DNA from: Planktothrix sp. GU0601_MAG3
GTDB lineage: Bacteria > Cyanobacteriota > Cyanobacteriia > Cyanobacteriales > Microcoleaceae
Assembly: GCA_035193785.1 (NCBI GenBank)
Contig: CP136572.1
Coordinates: 1,568,001-1,632,000 of the forward strand
Direction: 5' to 3'
Length of the DNA stretch: 64,000 bases
Shown here: one piece after another, positions 11,380 through 25,874 of the stretch
Numbering within the stretch: the first letter of the stretch is position 1
Layout of the letters: each line of letters opens with the position of its first letter
Notes under the pieces: model-generated
What the model was told of the DNA's origin: nothing
Seen by the model: the letters and a program-made list of their open reading frames with translations, nothing else
The model's database searches: none
Program-made: the position numbers and the translations under genes

Positions 11380-12550
11380 ATGGCAGCAGGTTTGAGCCTG
11401 GTAACAACAGCCGCATTAGTTTTACTAGGTTTAGGAACATTGGGGCTAGAAATTCAATATCGTCTGCGTCCGGGGAATAAACTCGAACTGACGCGGGGAG
11501 ACTGGAACCTGGATTTATCCGACGACCGCCATTATGTCTTGAGGGGAGAAATGGACTTTCAGAACCTCACCTCCAACCTGGAGATCATGATACCGGAAGT
11601 TAAAGCCCAACTGACCCTTTTGTCTAAAGCGAGTTTAGACGGGGTGAAACACACCATCAAAGTGATTCCAGCCCATATTGATGCCGACACCCGGGAAGAT
11701 AACTATTGGTTTGGCTATATTGTTAAAGCCAAAAAAACCACTCGAATTAAAGTTTTAATTGAAATTGAAGGGACTGATCTCAGAGCTTTACAATCGGCTT
11801 GGGTGAAAGTTAAGTATCTGACCTACGGGCCAGAAGGACGCATCCCTAAAGTTCGCCACCTTGTCCTACCTCTACAATATCCCGATCCGACCATTCCCCC
11901 CAATAAACGAGTCGTAGAAGGGGTTGCAGAAGTTTATCCGATTCGTACCCATTTATTAACCCATATTGATGATCCCGTTGAGGTGATTAAACGGTATGTA
12001 CTTCCCCATGCTCAAGCCGGGGATATTGTCACCCTGGGAGAAACCCCCGTCGCCCTGATGCAAGGACGATTTTACCATCCTAGCCAAATCAAGCCGGGAT
12101 GGGTAGCCCAACGGGTCTGTTATTTCTTTATGCCCACCTCCAGTTTAGCTACGGCCTGCGGGATGCAAACCTTAGTGGATCAGGTCGGATCAGCCCGGGT
12201 ATTATTTGCTATCGTGGTAGGAACCATCGCCAAACTGCTCGGGAAACCTGGGGTGTTTTATCAATTGGCTGGAGAACAAGCCCGATTGATTGATGATGTG
12301 ACCGGAAACCCTACCCCCCTATGATCAATTTATTGTTCTAGGGCCAGATGATCCTCAAAACGTGGTCAACACCCTACAAAAAGAAACTGGGTTAGGAGCG
12401 GCAATTGTAGACGTGAATGATTTAAAAGCCGTTAAAATATTAGCAGCAACCTCCGGTCTTTCCACGGCTTTGATCGAGCAAGCCTTAAGGAGTAATCCCG
12501 CCGGAAATGCCGATGAGCAAACCCCACTGGTACTCATTCGCCCTTTATAA
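11380..12550 (+). CDS. F420-0:gamma-glutamyl ligase-like protein (apparent frameshift at 12305-12309)
   Basis: LIDDVTGTLPPYDQFIVLGP and NPAGNADEQTPLVLIRP after repair. Confidence 0.8.
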
Positions 12551-12551
12551 G

Positions 12552-12822
12552 TGATCAGTCATCAGTGATCAGTTATCAGTGTAAGAGTCTCAGTTGAAAG
12601 CTACTGATTATCAATTGGATCTTAACTTTTTGAAATTAACTGCCTATTGCAGATACCTGTAGGGGCTGGTTTATCAGGGTTTATATAGTTATCAGAGATC
12701 TGCCAAAACCAGACCCTCCTACTACACTGATGACTAATAACTAATAACTGATGACTGATAACTAACAACTAATAACTGATCACTAATAACTGATGACTGA
12801 TAACTGATAACTGATAACTGAT
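12552..12822. repeat. Heptamer STRR arrays (TCAGTTA-type at 12552-12580 and the inverted ACTGATA/ACTAATA array at 12726-12822) flanking a GTAGGGG...CCTAC element
   Basis: Direct reading of the sequence. Confidence 0.85.
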
Positions 12823-12838
12823 TACCCGACAGCCGCCC

Positions 12839-14051
12839 ATGAATTTATTTCCCTCCCAAAATCAAAACCAGTTTAATCTTCGCCCGTTTCAATACCGAGA
12901 CTTAGAGGCGATTGAACAGCTATATGACCAGGCTGATGACACGGCATCGGCCCAGGAGTTAGAATACCTGCGTCGGTGGTATGGGTTGCTGAAATTTTTA
13001 AGTTGGTTTCCCAACCCCTGCCAAAATTTATTTAATGCCTATGTTGCTGAACAATTCGGTCAAGTTTTAGGGATGATTAAGGTCTCTCCCTTCAACACCA
13101 CCCGCAGCACTTGGCGAATTGATCGAGTATTTGTAGATCGGTTAAATAGTCAAAGCAGTATCGGTTCACAACTGTTACGGTATTGTTTTGAAACCCTTTG
13201 GGAAGCCCGAACCTGGCTATTAGAAGTGAATGTTAATGATAGTGGTTTGATCGCCCTCTATCGGCAAAATGGCTTTCAACCCTTAGCTCAAATGACCTAT
13301 TGGGTCGTGGAACCCGAACTGCTACAAACCTTGGCCACGGCTCAACCGGATTTACCCAACCTCTTACCCGTCAGTAATGCGGATGCTCAACTGCTGTATC
13401 AACTGGATACGGTGTCCATGCCTCCGTTATTGCGACAAGTATTTGACCGTCATATTTTAGATTTTAAAACCAGTTTTATTCAGGCTCTTGTGGATGCGAT
13501 CAAACAATGGTTTAGTCGCAGTGAACAGGTTAGTGGCTATGTGTTTGAACCCCAACGAAAAGCGGCAATTGGGTATTTTCAGGTACAGTTATCCCGGGAT
13601 GGTCGCCAACCCCATGTTGCTGAGTTAACCGTGCATCCAGCCTATACCTGGCTATACCCCGAATTATTATCCCAGATGGCCCATTTAGCCCAGGAATTTG
13701 GCCCCCAGTCCCTAAAATTAGCCTCGGCCGACTATCAACCCGAACGAGAAGCCTATTTAGAAAAAATTGGAGCCACACGGGTCGAACATACCTTGTTAAT
13801 GTCCCGTTTCCGTTTGGCATAAATTACGGGAGTCTAAATCTTCCCTGGAAGGGTTGCAATTATCCGATGTCTTGCCCAGTTGGCAACCTGCCCATAAACC
13901 CGTACCCACGCCCATGTCTTGGTTAGGGCCAAAGGTCAAACCTCCTTCCCCAATACAAAAATCTGCGGTGGAGGGGATCTTAGAAACGCCAGAATTAGAC
14001 CCGAAAAACTCAACCCAAAAGTCCTTGGATTTACCGTCCGATCCTATATAA
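12839..14051 (+). CDS. GNAT family N-acetyltransferase (apparent frameshift at 13806-13810)
   Basis: IGSQLLRYC and ALYRQNGF motifs; repaired junction reads MSRSVWHKLRE. Confidence 0.85.
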
Positions 14052-14053
14052 CT

Positions 14054-14762
<709 letters not shown>

Positions 14763-14808
14763 GTTGTGCCCAGTAACGTTTAATATGGTTAAAAATAGTA
14801 CGATATAA

Positions 14809-15405
14809 ATGATGTTCCCATCTAAATTTCCCGAAGAAAATGGACGTTCTGAGGAAGAACAAGTGACCGTAACCCTGACGGATGAACAGGGGCGATCGCT
14901 CGTTTGCGTCTTACAATCCTCAATTGAATTAGAAGGTCAAGATTATGGATTACTTCTACCCGTGGACTCGCCGATCGAAATTCTAACTTGGAATGATGAT
15001 GAGGATGATGATGAATCCGCAGTTCCGGTGGAATCAGAAGAAGAAATTGACAAAATTTTTAAAACTGCTAAAGCGGTTTTAGCAGAACACAATTTGGATC
15101 TAAAGCGAACAGGAATTACCCTAACCGCAGTTGGAGAATTACCGGATTTTCCCGAGGAGGGAGACTCGAATCTGGATCTGGATTCTGCTGAGTCCGATGA
15201 ACAAGAATATGAGGAACTGCTCTGGTTAGCCAGTTTCTACCATGAGGAGCAGGAATACGGTATTTATACCCCGGCTGATCCATTTTTTATTCTGGCTAAA
15301 GCCGATGAAGAAGGAGAATATAAACAACTATCTCCTGAAGAATTTAAAAGGTTGGAACCTCTTTTACCCCTGATTGAAGACCAACTTTTTGATGCTTTGG
15401 ATTAA
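14809..15405 (+). CDS. DUF3727-like acidic protein
   Basis: [21 protein letters not shown] and [15 protein letters not shown]; conserved position between ruvX and mltG. Confidence 0.8.
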   Translation: MMFPSKFPEENGRSEEEQVTVTLTDEQGRSLVCVLQSSIELEGQDYGLLLPVDSPIEILTWNDDEDDDESAVPVESEEEIDKIFKTAKAVLAEHNLDLKRTGITLTAVGELPDFPEEGDSNLDLDSAESDEQEYEELLWLASFYHEEQEYGIYTPADPFFILAKADEEGEYKQLSPEEFKRLEPLLPLIEDQLFDALD

Positions 15406-15556
15406 AGGATTTAGATCTGTTTCCACTTTTTTTGTGAGCAGATCTTTTTTCATAATTGAGTTCACATAAATTCAGTTTTTATCGAAATTTTAATTAGGGG
15501 GAAGTAGCTTGGGAATTGCAAACAAAAAGCAGAAAAAACCTCAAGATAAACAAACC

Positions 15557-16631
15557 ATGAAACGGTTTTCTAAAGGATTTTTTTACCTTCTAATTCTGCC
15601 GATTATTTGGGGATTCTTCGGATGGCAGGGTTGGGCTTGGTGGAGTTGGGCCAGTGCCGCTCCCCAAAGTCAGGAACAGGTTAACTCCTCTGGTGGCAAG
15701 GGAAACAGCGTCAAAATCCTGATTCCCCCAGGAAACCTCCAGTCAGCAAATTGGGGAAGATTTGAAGGCGGCGGGGTTAATTCGTTCTGATGTAGCTTGG
15801 AGACTGTGGGCGCGGTGGTTAATCTTCCAAAACCCCCAAGGGGATTTTAAGGCGGGAAGTTATTCCCTGGCTCCTACCCAGTCACTAAGTCAGGTGGCTG
15901 CTACCATCTGGAATGGAGAAGTAATGACTCTAAGTTTCACCATTCCTGAAGGATGGTCGATGCAACAGATGGCCGAATATTTTGAGCAACAGGGATTTTT
16001 TTCGGCGGAAAAATTTCTGGAGGCGAGTCGTCAAATTCCCTATCAGGATTATCCTTGGCTTCCGCCCAATTTACCTTTATTAGAAGGCTTTCTATTTCCC
16101 GATACCTATCAAGTCGAAGCAACGGAAGTTACTCCCCAAGCCGTCATCCGTCAGATGTTAAATCGGTTTCAAGACCAGGCGTTACCCGTTTATCAACAAG
16201 CTGCATCCCAACATAATTTGAGTTTAAATGAATGGGTAGCTTTAGCCAGTATTGTGGAAAAAGAAGCCGTAATTCCGAGTGAAAGAAATCGCATTTCTGG
16301 GGTATTTCATAACCGTTTAAAACAAGGAATTCAACTTGCGGCTGATCCGACGGTAGAATATGCTTTGGGCATTCGTCAAACCGTTGATCAACCCCTAACC
16401 TTTAAACAAGTGGAAACACCTTCTCCCTACAATACTTATATTAATGTGGGTTTACCCCCAACGGCGATTGCTAGTCCGGGTTTAGCCAGTTTAAAAGCTA
16501 CCTTAACCCCGGAAAAAACCGATTATTTGTATTTTATGGCGCGATACGACGGAACCCATATTTTTAGTCGGACGGAAGCGGAACATCAAGCGGCGATTGC
16601 TGAAGTTGAACGCAATCTTTCTTCTCAATAG
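15557..16631 (+). CDS. mltG: Endolytic transglycosylase MltG (apparent frameshift at 15732-15736)
   Basis: TIPEG, LEGFLFPDTY, LASIVEKEA and SPYNTY motifs. Confidence 0.93.
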
Positions 16632-16678
16632 AAAATAATTGCTTTTTCAACCTACATCTACATCTACAACAAGAGAAC

Positions 16679-17894
16679 GTGCGCTTTAGTGATTATTTTT
16701 ATAGTCTAAAACCCAGTTTTTTAGTGAAAACAAAAGCTGCGTATTTAGCCATTTTGTTCGGACTTTCGAGTCCCTTATCAATAGCTCCTAATTCCGAAAT
16801 TTTTTTGCCTTCCTCGGGGAATTCTGGGATTGATTCCCAGGGGACAACTCCCCCAAATTCTCTGATTCCTTGGGGTTGGGACGCGGGGCTAAAAATTCGC
16901 CGAGTGGCTGGCTATTATCCAGGTAGTCCTGTGTACTTCGAGAGTTGTCCTGACGGAGTTGGGGGGAAATGTTACGGGTCAATTCCTAATCGTTCTGGGT
17001 TTTATACCCTAGCCTATGGCTCCTTTAGTTACAAGGATAAAGTGGGGCCAACGGGAAAATTAAGTTGTATTCCCAACGAAGCTGAAAACCCCAACGCCCC
17101 AAATGATCGAATTTTAATGGAAACCGCACCCTTCCGAACCCTTTGGTACTCCCCCGGTCAAGGGTCGCTGTCCTTACTTTTTTTACTGGCGAAACAACGG
17201 AGGGAGTCCCTCAGCCTATTTGATCAATGATAGTTCCAGCTTGTCCCAAATTCCCTTTGGTTATGGTAGTTTCTACATTGGACTGCAAGAAAACCTCAAA
17301 ACCTATCCCGGGACTTATGGTGGGTTAGATCACCGAAATCGAGTGATGACACCTTTATATGCTTGGGTGCAAGGTGTCCGTTTGAAATTGCGGGCTAAGG
17401 TGTGTTTTGCGGATAAAACTCAAGATTCATACCGGAAAATTAGGGTACATACGGATATGACTTTTCATAGTTTAAAAAGCCGTCAAGGGTTTGGGGTATC
17501 TGTTAATTTAATGGATTATGTAATTAATCAAGGCAAAATATCCACCTTACCTGAGTTATTTCGTGAACCTGAAGTAGCCGAATATTCTTTAGCTCAACTT
17601 CATGTTAATGGCAAATTATGGAATGTGACACCCAAGGATTTAAAGTTCACTGTTGATCAGTCCTTGAATTGTAATTTGCCTTTGAAAGATTTACCTTTTC
17701 AGGATGTTTATATTCCCTTTAAAGCTATTTTTGAACGGTTAATTGCCGAAGGCAAAATTGATCGCCGTCTGACTGAGGATGCAATTCTTTCTAGTACAAT
17801 TGTGGTGGGATTGGAACAGTGGGGAAGAAATCGCTCGGAAGTAGAAATTTCTGATCGCAGTATTCTGATTTCCTTGCCCCCTATTGCCCGGTGA
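16679..17894 (+). CDS. Putative secreted protein of unknown function (one frameshift near 17170-17200)
   Basis: Two overlapping ORFs joined by a one-base deletion; signal-peptide-like N-terminus; Cys/Gly-rich. Confidence 0.6.
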
Positions 17895-17973
17895 TCCAAG
17901 AATTTTAGGAAAAAACTTCTCCATATTGCCTCCTTTTCCGCTAAAATTAAGGGGATAAAATTCTACGGTTATT

Positions 17974-18487
17974 ATGTCTTGGGGGAAACTCTTACAGCCT
18001 GATTTAGTCCTTGGGGATTGCATTTTGCACTTGACACCGGAGTTATTGCAACGGCATCAGATTAAGGGAATGGTGCTAGATGTGGATGAAACCTTAGTTC
18101 CGATTACAGAAAAATCGGTTTCTGAGGATCTCAAAGATTGGATCGATACCTTCAAACCTGATTTGAGTCTATGGTTGGTGAGTAACAACATTAGTCAAAC
18201 TCGTATTGGTAGTATTGCTGAAACCTTGAATTTGCCTTATATTATCGGCGCGGGTAAACCCTCCCGGCGGAAACTGAAGCGGGCCGTTGAAGCCATGGAT
18301 TTACCGATAGAACAGGTGGCAATGGTGGGCGATCGCTTATTTACCGATGTGTTGGCGGGGAAACCGTTTGGGAATGTTTACAATTTTGGTGGAACCGATG
18401 ATTGACCCAGGAATCATGCCATCGGTCAATTCTGTGCGTAATTTTGAGGTATTGATATCTAAGATGTTAGGGGCATCTCTGCACTAA
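17974..18487 (+). CDS. yqeG: YqeG family HAD IIIA phosphatase (apparent frameshift at 18360-18364)
   Basis: DVDETL, VSNN, GKP and MVGDRLFTDVLAGNRLG after repair. Confidence 0.9.
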
Positions 18488-18657
18488 TAGGCACTAATGA
18501 TTATATAGAGGGATGTATTTGCAGTCTACAAAGCCAGTTTAGGCTTGATTTGGGCTTAATTTTTGTTTAAGTCCCAGGGGAAAAAATAGCCTCGGTCGTT
18601 TACGAAATTCTAGGAGGAGGTTGTGTAGTAGGCTGACATAGAATTGATTTAGACTTT

Positions 18658-19029
18658 ATGATCAACAACCAGTCGCAGTTTTCTGTGGAACATTTTGCAT
18701 TCCTGAAATCCAAGTATCAAGCAACTGATTATGAAAACTCATCCCTCTCTAGTCTTTTGTATTTGATATTGAGAAAAGCAGATTTAGGAATGAATATCAA
18801 TGAAATAGAATGGAATTGGTTACTAGATAATCAACTATTAGAAACAATTGAATCCCTTAAACGGGGTGCTTCACCGAAAGATCAGGATGCGGAAATGAAG
18901 CAAATCGTTAAAAATGCTAAGGATGAAAATAAGCGCCGAGAAGTTGTAGAATATCTACTGAAAAAAGATCCTAATCGTTATGCTTGGGCTAAATCTTATT
19001 TGAAAAAACCTAAAAATTTAGGGAAGTAA
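18658..19029 (+). CDS. Hypothetical protein
   Basis: 123-aa AT-rich ORF. Confidence 0.55.
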   Translation: MINNQSQFSVEHFAFLKSKYQATDYENSSLSSLLYLILRKADLGMNINEIEWNWLLDNQLLETIESLKRGASPKDQDAEMKQIVKNAKDENKRREVVEYLLKKDPNRYAWAKSYLKKPKNLGK

Positions 19030-19052
19030 TTAGATCGCTCTCATTTCTAGGT

Positions 19053-19286
19053 TTAACTTAGAAATGAGGGACAAAATAATATTTTTTGAAAACGAACATG
19101 AGCTTTACTCGCTAACAGGGTTTGTAAGTATTGTGTACCTTCCTCAACCGTATAATAATGAGAGGGACTTTCTGGACTCATTTTAATAATTTCACCAGCC
19201 AAAAGTTCGACGTTGCGATCGCCCAAAATCCCAGCATCAATCATGTTATGATAATCTTCCACAGACCATTTTAATAATGTCTTCAT
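19053..19286 (-). pseudogene. Truncated Uma2 family endonuclease (N-terminal part only)
   Basis: KWSVEDYHNMIDAGIL and VELLAGEIIKMSP; stops before the PD-(D/E)xK core. Confidence 0.75.
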
Positions 19287-19351
19287 TGTCAAATCATCTC
19301 CTAATCTTGGGGATTTGAACAGCTTATATCCTAGTATAATCAAAAAAATAA

Positions 19352-19423
<72 letters not shown>

Positions 19424-19491
19424 AAAAAAAATCAAGGACAAAAAACTAACGAATGATAGCTTCTAATCTTTAATTTTTTTAGTTTTAGAGG

Positions 19492-19573
19492 TGGGCCGAG
19501 CTGGATTTGAACCAGCGTAGGCGTAGCCAGCGGATTTACAGTCCGCCCCCATTAACCGCTCGGGCATCGACCC
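19492..19573 (-). tRNA. trnY: tRNA-Tyr(GTA)
   Basis: GGGTCGATGCCCGAGCGGTTAATGGGGGCGGACT-GTA-AATCCGC...GTTCAAATCCAGCTCGGCCCA with a long variable arm. Confidence 0.97.
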
Positions 19574-19592
19574 ATTTATTCAACAATTTTAT

Positions 19593-19620
19593 ATAGTAGC
19601 ACAATCTCAGAAAATGTCTA
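19593..19620 (-). promoter_or_regulatory. Promoter of the tRNA-Tyr/Thr pair
   Basis: TAGACA-N16-TACTAT with an extended -10 TG, about 20 bp upstream of tRNA-Tyr. Confidence 0.65.
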
Positions 19621-19661
19621 GGGGTTTGGCAAAAAACTTTTTTTGCCCGAGGTAAAAGGGG

Positions 19662-21000
<1,339 letters not shown>

Positions 21001-21011
21001 CTACAATAAAA

Positions 21012-21033
21012 GACTTCCCGGGGGTAGGAAGTC
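21012..21033 (-). terminator. Hairpin downstream of glgC
   Basis: GACTTCC-N8-GGAAGTC followed by a T-tract on the minus strand. Confidence 0.5.
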
Positions 21034-21072
21034 CTCTAAATAAATGGATTGGGTTTTGTTTTCAGACCAACA

Positions 21073-22362
21073 TTAAATAACCGTATAGTCAGAAATCACT
21101 GCATTTTTCAGGATTACAATAATCCCACTACGGATATAAAATCCTAAGTCTTCCCGTTCCGCTTCTTCGATATCCTCTTTGTTGATAATTTGGACATGGC
21201 GACCAATGCGAGCATTTTTATCAACAATCGCCTTCCGAATCACGGTATTAGAACCAATTCCCAAGGGAATTTCACCTTCTTGTAAACCGGAAGAACGTTC
21301 CGAGAAGGGTTGATAGAAGTCCGAACCCATAAGTAGGGTATCTTCAATCACACAGCCCTCTTCCACCCGGGAACGTAACCCCAAAACCGAATGGTCAATC
21401 CGACATTCTTTGAGAATACAACCTTCGGCAATAATGGATTCAGTAATCCGACAGTCTAGGATTTTTGTAGGCGGTAAGTGACGAGACCGGCTATAAATGG
21501 GAGCTTTTTCATCATAGAAGCTAAAGCTGGGGTGGGGTTGTTGGGTTAAACCCAAATTGGCATGATAAAACGCTTCAATGGTTCCAATATCTTCCCAATA
21601 GTCTTTAAACAAAAAGGCTTGAACGTTTAAATTTCCCGATGCGTTGGGAATTACTTCTTTCCCGAAATCAGTTTCCTGGGGATTTTCGTCTAATAACTTA
21701 ATCAAGGTGTCTTTGTTAAAGACATAAATCCCCATGGAGGCGATATAAGGATTTTCTTGGGCTTGTTCGGGAGATAAACCCAAGGCGGAGGTATCCACCC
21801 GCATTTCTTTGAGGGCGTCCCCTTTGGGTTTTTCGCTGAAACTAATCACCCGTCCAGAATCATCAAGTTTCATTAACCCAAAATCCGAGGCCCGTTTTTC
21901 GTCAATGGGCAATACGGAAAGGGTAATATCCGCTTTGGTGTCTAAATGACGTTGGACAAATTCCCGATAGTCCATGCGGTAGAGATGGTCACCGGATAAA
22001 ATCAGAAATTGGTCAACGTCCCATTCCTTCAGCAGCCACAAATACTGACGCACCGCATCTGCTGTACCCTGGAACCAATTCGGGTTTTGGGTGGTTTGTT
22101 GGGCGGCTAGGACTTCGGTAAAGCTATCATCAAAACCCGCGAAGTTATAGGCCCGGGCAATATGGCGGTTTAAGGATGCTGAGTTAAATTGGGTTAAAAC
22201 GTAGATTTTGAGAATTTCTGAATTAATACAGTTACTAATGGGGATATCAATTAACCGATATTTCCCGGCGATGGGAACCGCAGGTTTGGCCCGCATTTTG
22301 GTTAAAGGATACAGGCGGCTTCCCGCGCCGCCACCGAGAATGATTGCTAAAACTCTTTTCAC
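21073..22362 (-). CDS. glgC: Glucose-1-phosphate adenylyltransferase
   Basis: [34 protein letters not shown] and YWEDIGTI motifs. Confidence 0.98.
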   Translation of the reverse strand: MKRVLAIILGGGAGSRLYPLTKMRAKPAVPIAGKYRLIDIPISNCINSEILKIYVLTQFNSASLNRHIARAYNFAGFDDSFTEVLAAQQTTQNPNWFQGTADAVRQYLWLLKEWDVDQFLILSGDHLYRMDYREFVQRHLDTKADITLSVLPIDEKRASDFGLMKLDDSGRVISFSEKPKGDALKEMRVDTSALGLSPEQAQENPYIASMGIYVFNKDTLIKLLDENPQETDFGKEVIPNASGNLNVQAFLFKDYWEDIGTIEAFYHANLGLTQQPHPSFSFYDEKAPIYSRSRHLPPTKILDCRITESIIAEGCILKECRIDHSVLGLRSRVEEGCVIEDTLLMGSDFYQPFSERSSGLQEGEIPLGIGSNTVIRKAIVDKNARIGRHVQIINKEDIEEAEREDLGFYIRSGIIVILKNAVISDYTVI

Positions 22363-22723
22363 AAAAAATTACCTCTCAACTGCCAATAGTCTTCCCAAGT
22401 CCAGTGTCCGACTGTACGGTACTCTTGACAAGGGGGGAGAGGCAAAACCGACCTTAAGTTTAGGTTAGGGTTAAGTTAGGAGGAAGGGATGACCGGGGCC
22501 AAAGAATTATTAAACAGTTATTGAATTTTAAGGGTTGAAAATTTTCTAGCTGTTTAGAATTGGATAATTTTTTATATTTTTTTACCGGATTTATCGGGAG
22601 TCGTTTTGCCAATTTCAAGTTATACCAGAATAAACAGGATCATTTTTGATTCAGAACAGAGGATTTATGATGCCCCCATATTGGCATAGATCAAACAGCT
22701 ATTGATAAACCAAAAAAAATGAG

Positions 22724-22774
22724 GATATTAAAGTTTTATTAATTCAAGAGTCAAATTAATAAAACTTTAATATC
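22724..22774. repeat. Perfect 21-bp inverted repeat with a 9-nt loop
   Basis: GATATTAAAGTTTTATTAATT-caagagtca-AATTAATAAAACTTTAATATC. Confidence 0.9.
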
Positions 22775-22930
22775 TGATTGGAATGATTGACTTGCTGGAG
22801 AGGTTAGCGATCGCCTAAAATTCAATAGCTAATTTCTAAGCTCGGTGCAGTTCAGCTAAATCGGATAACTTTGTAAAATTTTGCTTGATTTTAGCATTTA
22901 TACTTATCATAATGTGATTAAAATTTATCT

Positions 22931-24394
22931 ATGTTAATAAAAACTCCAGATTGGGTTAAACACGCGGTATTCTATCAAATTTTTCCCGATCGCTTTGCCC
23001 AAGCAGCTATTCCGCGCCAAAAATTGTTAAAATCCGATCGCTGGGAACCATGGGATTTACCACCGAGTTTACAGGGATATAAAGGAGGTAATTTATGGGG
23101 CGTGATTGAAAAATTAGATTATTTACAGGATTTGGGGATTAATGCGATTTATTTTACCCCTATTTTTCAATCGGCTTGTAATCATCGTTACCATACCCAT
23201 GACTATTACCAAATTGACCCCATACTGGGGGGAAATACGGCTTTTAAGGAGTTATTAGATGCAGCCCATCAACGCCAGATTAAAATTGTTTTAGATGGAG
23301 TTTTTAACCATGCCAGTCGGGGCTTTTTCCAGTTCCATGATATTTTAGAAAATGGCCCCCATTCTCCTTGGTTAGATTGGTTTAAAATTGAAGGTTGGCC
23401 GTTATCTGCCTATGATGGCAGTAAACCTGCTAATTATGTCGGTTGGATTGGAAATCGGGCTTTACCTCAATTCAATCATGATCACCCTCAAGTGAGGGAA
23501 TATATCATGGAAATTGCTGAATATTGGATTGATTTTGGGATTGATGGTTGGCGTTTAGATGTGCCTTTTGAGGTGAAAACTCCGGGTTTTTGGCAGGAAT
23601 TTCGAGATAGAGTTAAGGCGATTAATCCAGAGGCTTATATTGTTGGGGAAGTGTGGGGAGATTCCCGAGAATGGTTAGATGGGAAGCAATTTGATGGGGT
23701 GATGAATTATTTATTTACCGCCCCAACTATTGCTTTTTCCGCCGGAAATCGTGTTAAAATGGAATTAGTCGAAGGCCCGTCTTATTTTCCTTATCCGGCT
23801 CTATCTGCTAAGGAATATGGGGAAAAAATACAAGATTTATTAGCGTTATATCCTTGGGAAATTCAACTAACTCAATTAAATTTACTCGATAGCCATGATA
23901 CCGCCCGATTAATTAGTGTGGCGGGAGGCGACCAAGCTAGTGTTGAATTAGCAACTTTATTGTTATTTACCTTTCCGGGCGCACCTAGTATTTATTACGG
24001 GGATGAAGTCGGGTTGGAAGGACAACTTGACCCCGACTCTCGCCGCAGTTTTCCGATGCCAGATTCTTGGGATCAGGATATTTTAGCATATCATAAAAAA
24101 CTGATTTCTATTCGTCACCAATATCCGGCTTTAAGAACAGGTTCTTATCAGATATTATATGCTGAAGGAGTGGTTTATGGATTTGTTCGATGTTTAGACA
24201 ATCAGGAATTAATTGTTATGGTGAATGCGGGAACAGAATCAGCTAAAATTAATTTTACGGTTACTGATTTAAAGACTCGTCCTAATCAGTTAATTTATGG
24301 CGCGGGTAAATTCAGTTGGAAACCAGAAAATCACACCACAGAATTAGAGGTCTATCTTCCTCCCCGTCAAGGAATAATTTTAGCCAATTCTTAG
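22931..24394 (+). CDS. GH13 neopullulanase/cyclomaltodextrinase-like alpha-amylase
   Basis: YQIFPDRF, LDGVFNH, DGWRLDV, GEVW and LDSHDT motifs. Confidence 0.92.
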   Translation: MLIKTPDWVKHAVFYQIFPDRFAQAAIPRQKLLKSDRWEPWDLPPSLQGYKGGNLWGVIEKLDYLQDLGINAIYFTPIFQSACNHRYHTHDYYQIDPILGGNTAFKELLDAAHQRQIKIVLDGVFNHASRGFFQFHDILENGPHSPWLDWFKIEGWPLSAYDGSKPANYVGWIGNRALPQFNHDHPQVREYIMEIAEYWIDFGIDGWRLDVPFEVKTPGFWQEFRDRVKAINPEAYIVGEVWGDSREWLDGKQFDGVMNYLFTAPTIAFSAGNRVKMELVEGPSYFPYPALSAKEYGEKIQDLLALYPWEIQLTQLNLLDSHDTARLISVAGGDQASVELATLLLFTFPGAPSIYYGDEVGLEGQLDPDSRRSFPMPDSWDQDILAYHKKLISIRHQYPALRTGSYQILYAEGVVYGFVRCLDNQELIVMVNAGTESAKINFTVTDLKTRPNQLIYGAGKFSWKPENHTTELEVYLPPRQGIILANS

Positions 24395-24532
24395 TTTTCT
24401 AGGCAAACATAAAGAGATAATGGGCAATTAGGAAATCGGCAATAACCAATGGTGATTGATTTTTCTAATAAGATCAATAATCATTCTAATTGCCGATGGG
24501 AACTTCATTTATTCAAGATTCTATATCTTCAC

Positions 24533-24577
24533 CATTGCCCATTGCCCATTACCCCTTGCCCATTCCCTATTCCCTAT
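24533..24577. repeat. Heptamer STRR (CATTGCC/CATTCCC type)
   Basis: Direct reading of the sequence. Confidence 0.8.
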
Positions 24578-24636
24578 TTTTTACCTTATAATAACAAATC
24601 TACATTGAGTCCAATTATTAATAATAATATCAGATT

Positions 24637-25837
24637 ATGACCCAAGATTCCCCATCCATGCTAGAAAGAATTAAAGATATTACTACAACGTTATCCCCTC
24701 GGTTAATTGAGATTCGTCGCCATATTCATGCCCATCCAGAACTCAGTGGTCAAGAATATCAAACCTCCGCTTATGTCGCCGGGGTGTTGTCCTCCTGTGG
24801 GATTAAGGTGCAAGAAGGTATAGGGAAAACGGGAGTCGTGGGGGAATTCAAAGGAAATACCGCCAACCCCCGTTGGTTTGCGATTCGCACCGATATGGAT
24901 GCCCTGCCCATGACCGAATTAACCGGGTTAGAGTATGCTTCTCGACAAATGGGAGTGATGCACGCTTGCGGACACGATTTGCACACCACGTTAGGGTTAG
25001 GCGCGGCGATGGTATTATCTCAGTTAGGCAAGGATTTTCCCGGGAAAGTAAGGTTTCTTTTCCAACCTGCGGAAGAAATTGCGAAAGGAGCGACCTGGAT
25101 GGTGCATGATAACGTCATGGAGGACGTGGCAGCGATTTTGGGGGTTTCATGTCTTCCCCAGTATTCCCGCCGGGTGTGTGGGGCTGCGACCGGGGGCGTT
25201 AACGGCGGCGGCGGATGATTTGGAATTAACTATTATCGGGGAGTCGGGTCACGGGGCACGCCCCCATGAAGCTAAGGATGCAATTTGGATCGCGGCCCAG
25301 GTAATTACAATGTTACAACAGGCGATTAGTCGCACCCAAAACCCTTTAAGACCTGTGGTTTTATCCATTGGTCAAATTATGGGCGGACGCGCACCTAATA
25401 TTATTGCGGATCAGGTTAAACTATTAGGAACGGTGCGATCGCTTCACCCTGAAACCTACGAAACTTTACCCGGTTGGATAGAACAAATTGTTGCTAATAT
25501 CTGCCAAATGTACGGCGCAAATTATGAGTTAAATTATCGTCGGGGTGTTCCCTCGGTGCAGAATGATCCGATGTTAACTCAAATTGTCGAAGAAAGTGTT
25601 AGAGAGGCTTTTGGGTCTGGTGCGGTTGTAAATTTACCCGAACCCTCTTTAGGGGCGGAGGATTTTTCTGTCTATTTAGATTATGCACCCGGCATGATGT
25701 TTCGGTTGGGAGTCGGACACAAAAATAAACATAATCATCCCCTACATCATCCTAAGTTTGAAGTTGATGAATCGGCAATTATTACGGGGGTGGTAACTTT
25801 AGCTTATTCCGCCTATAAATTTTGCCAGAAACAATGA
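24637..25837 (+). CDS. M20 family amidohydrolase (apparent frameshift at 25144-25148)
   Basis: HAHPELS, RTDMDALP, MHACGHD, FQPAEE, GHGARPH and GAEDF motifs. Confidence 0.92.
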
Positions 25838-25874
25838 GCAATGGAGAAAAATTAATTAATATAAACTCCACACC

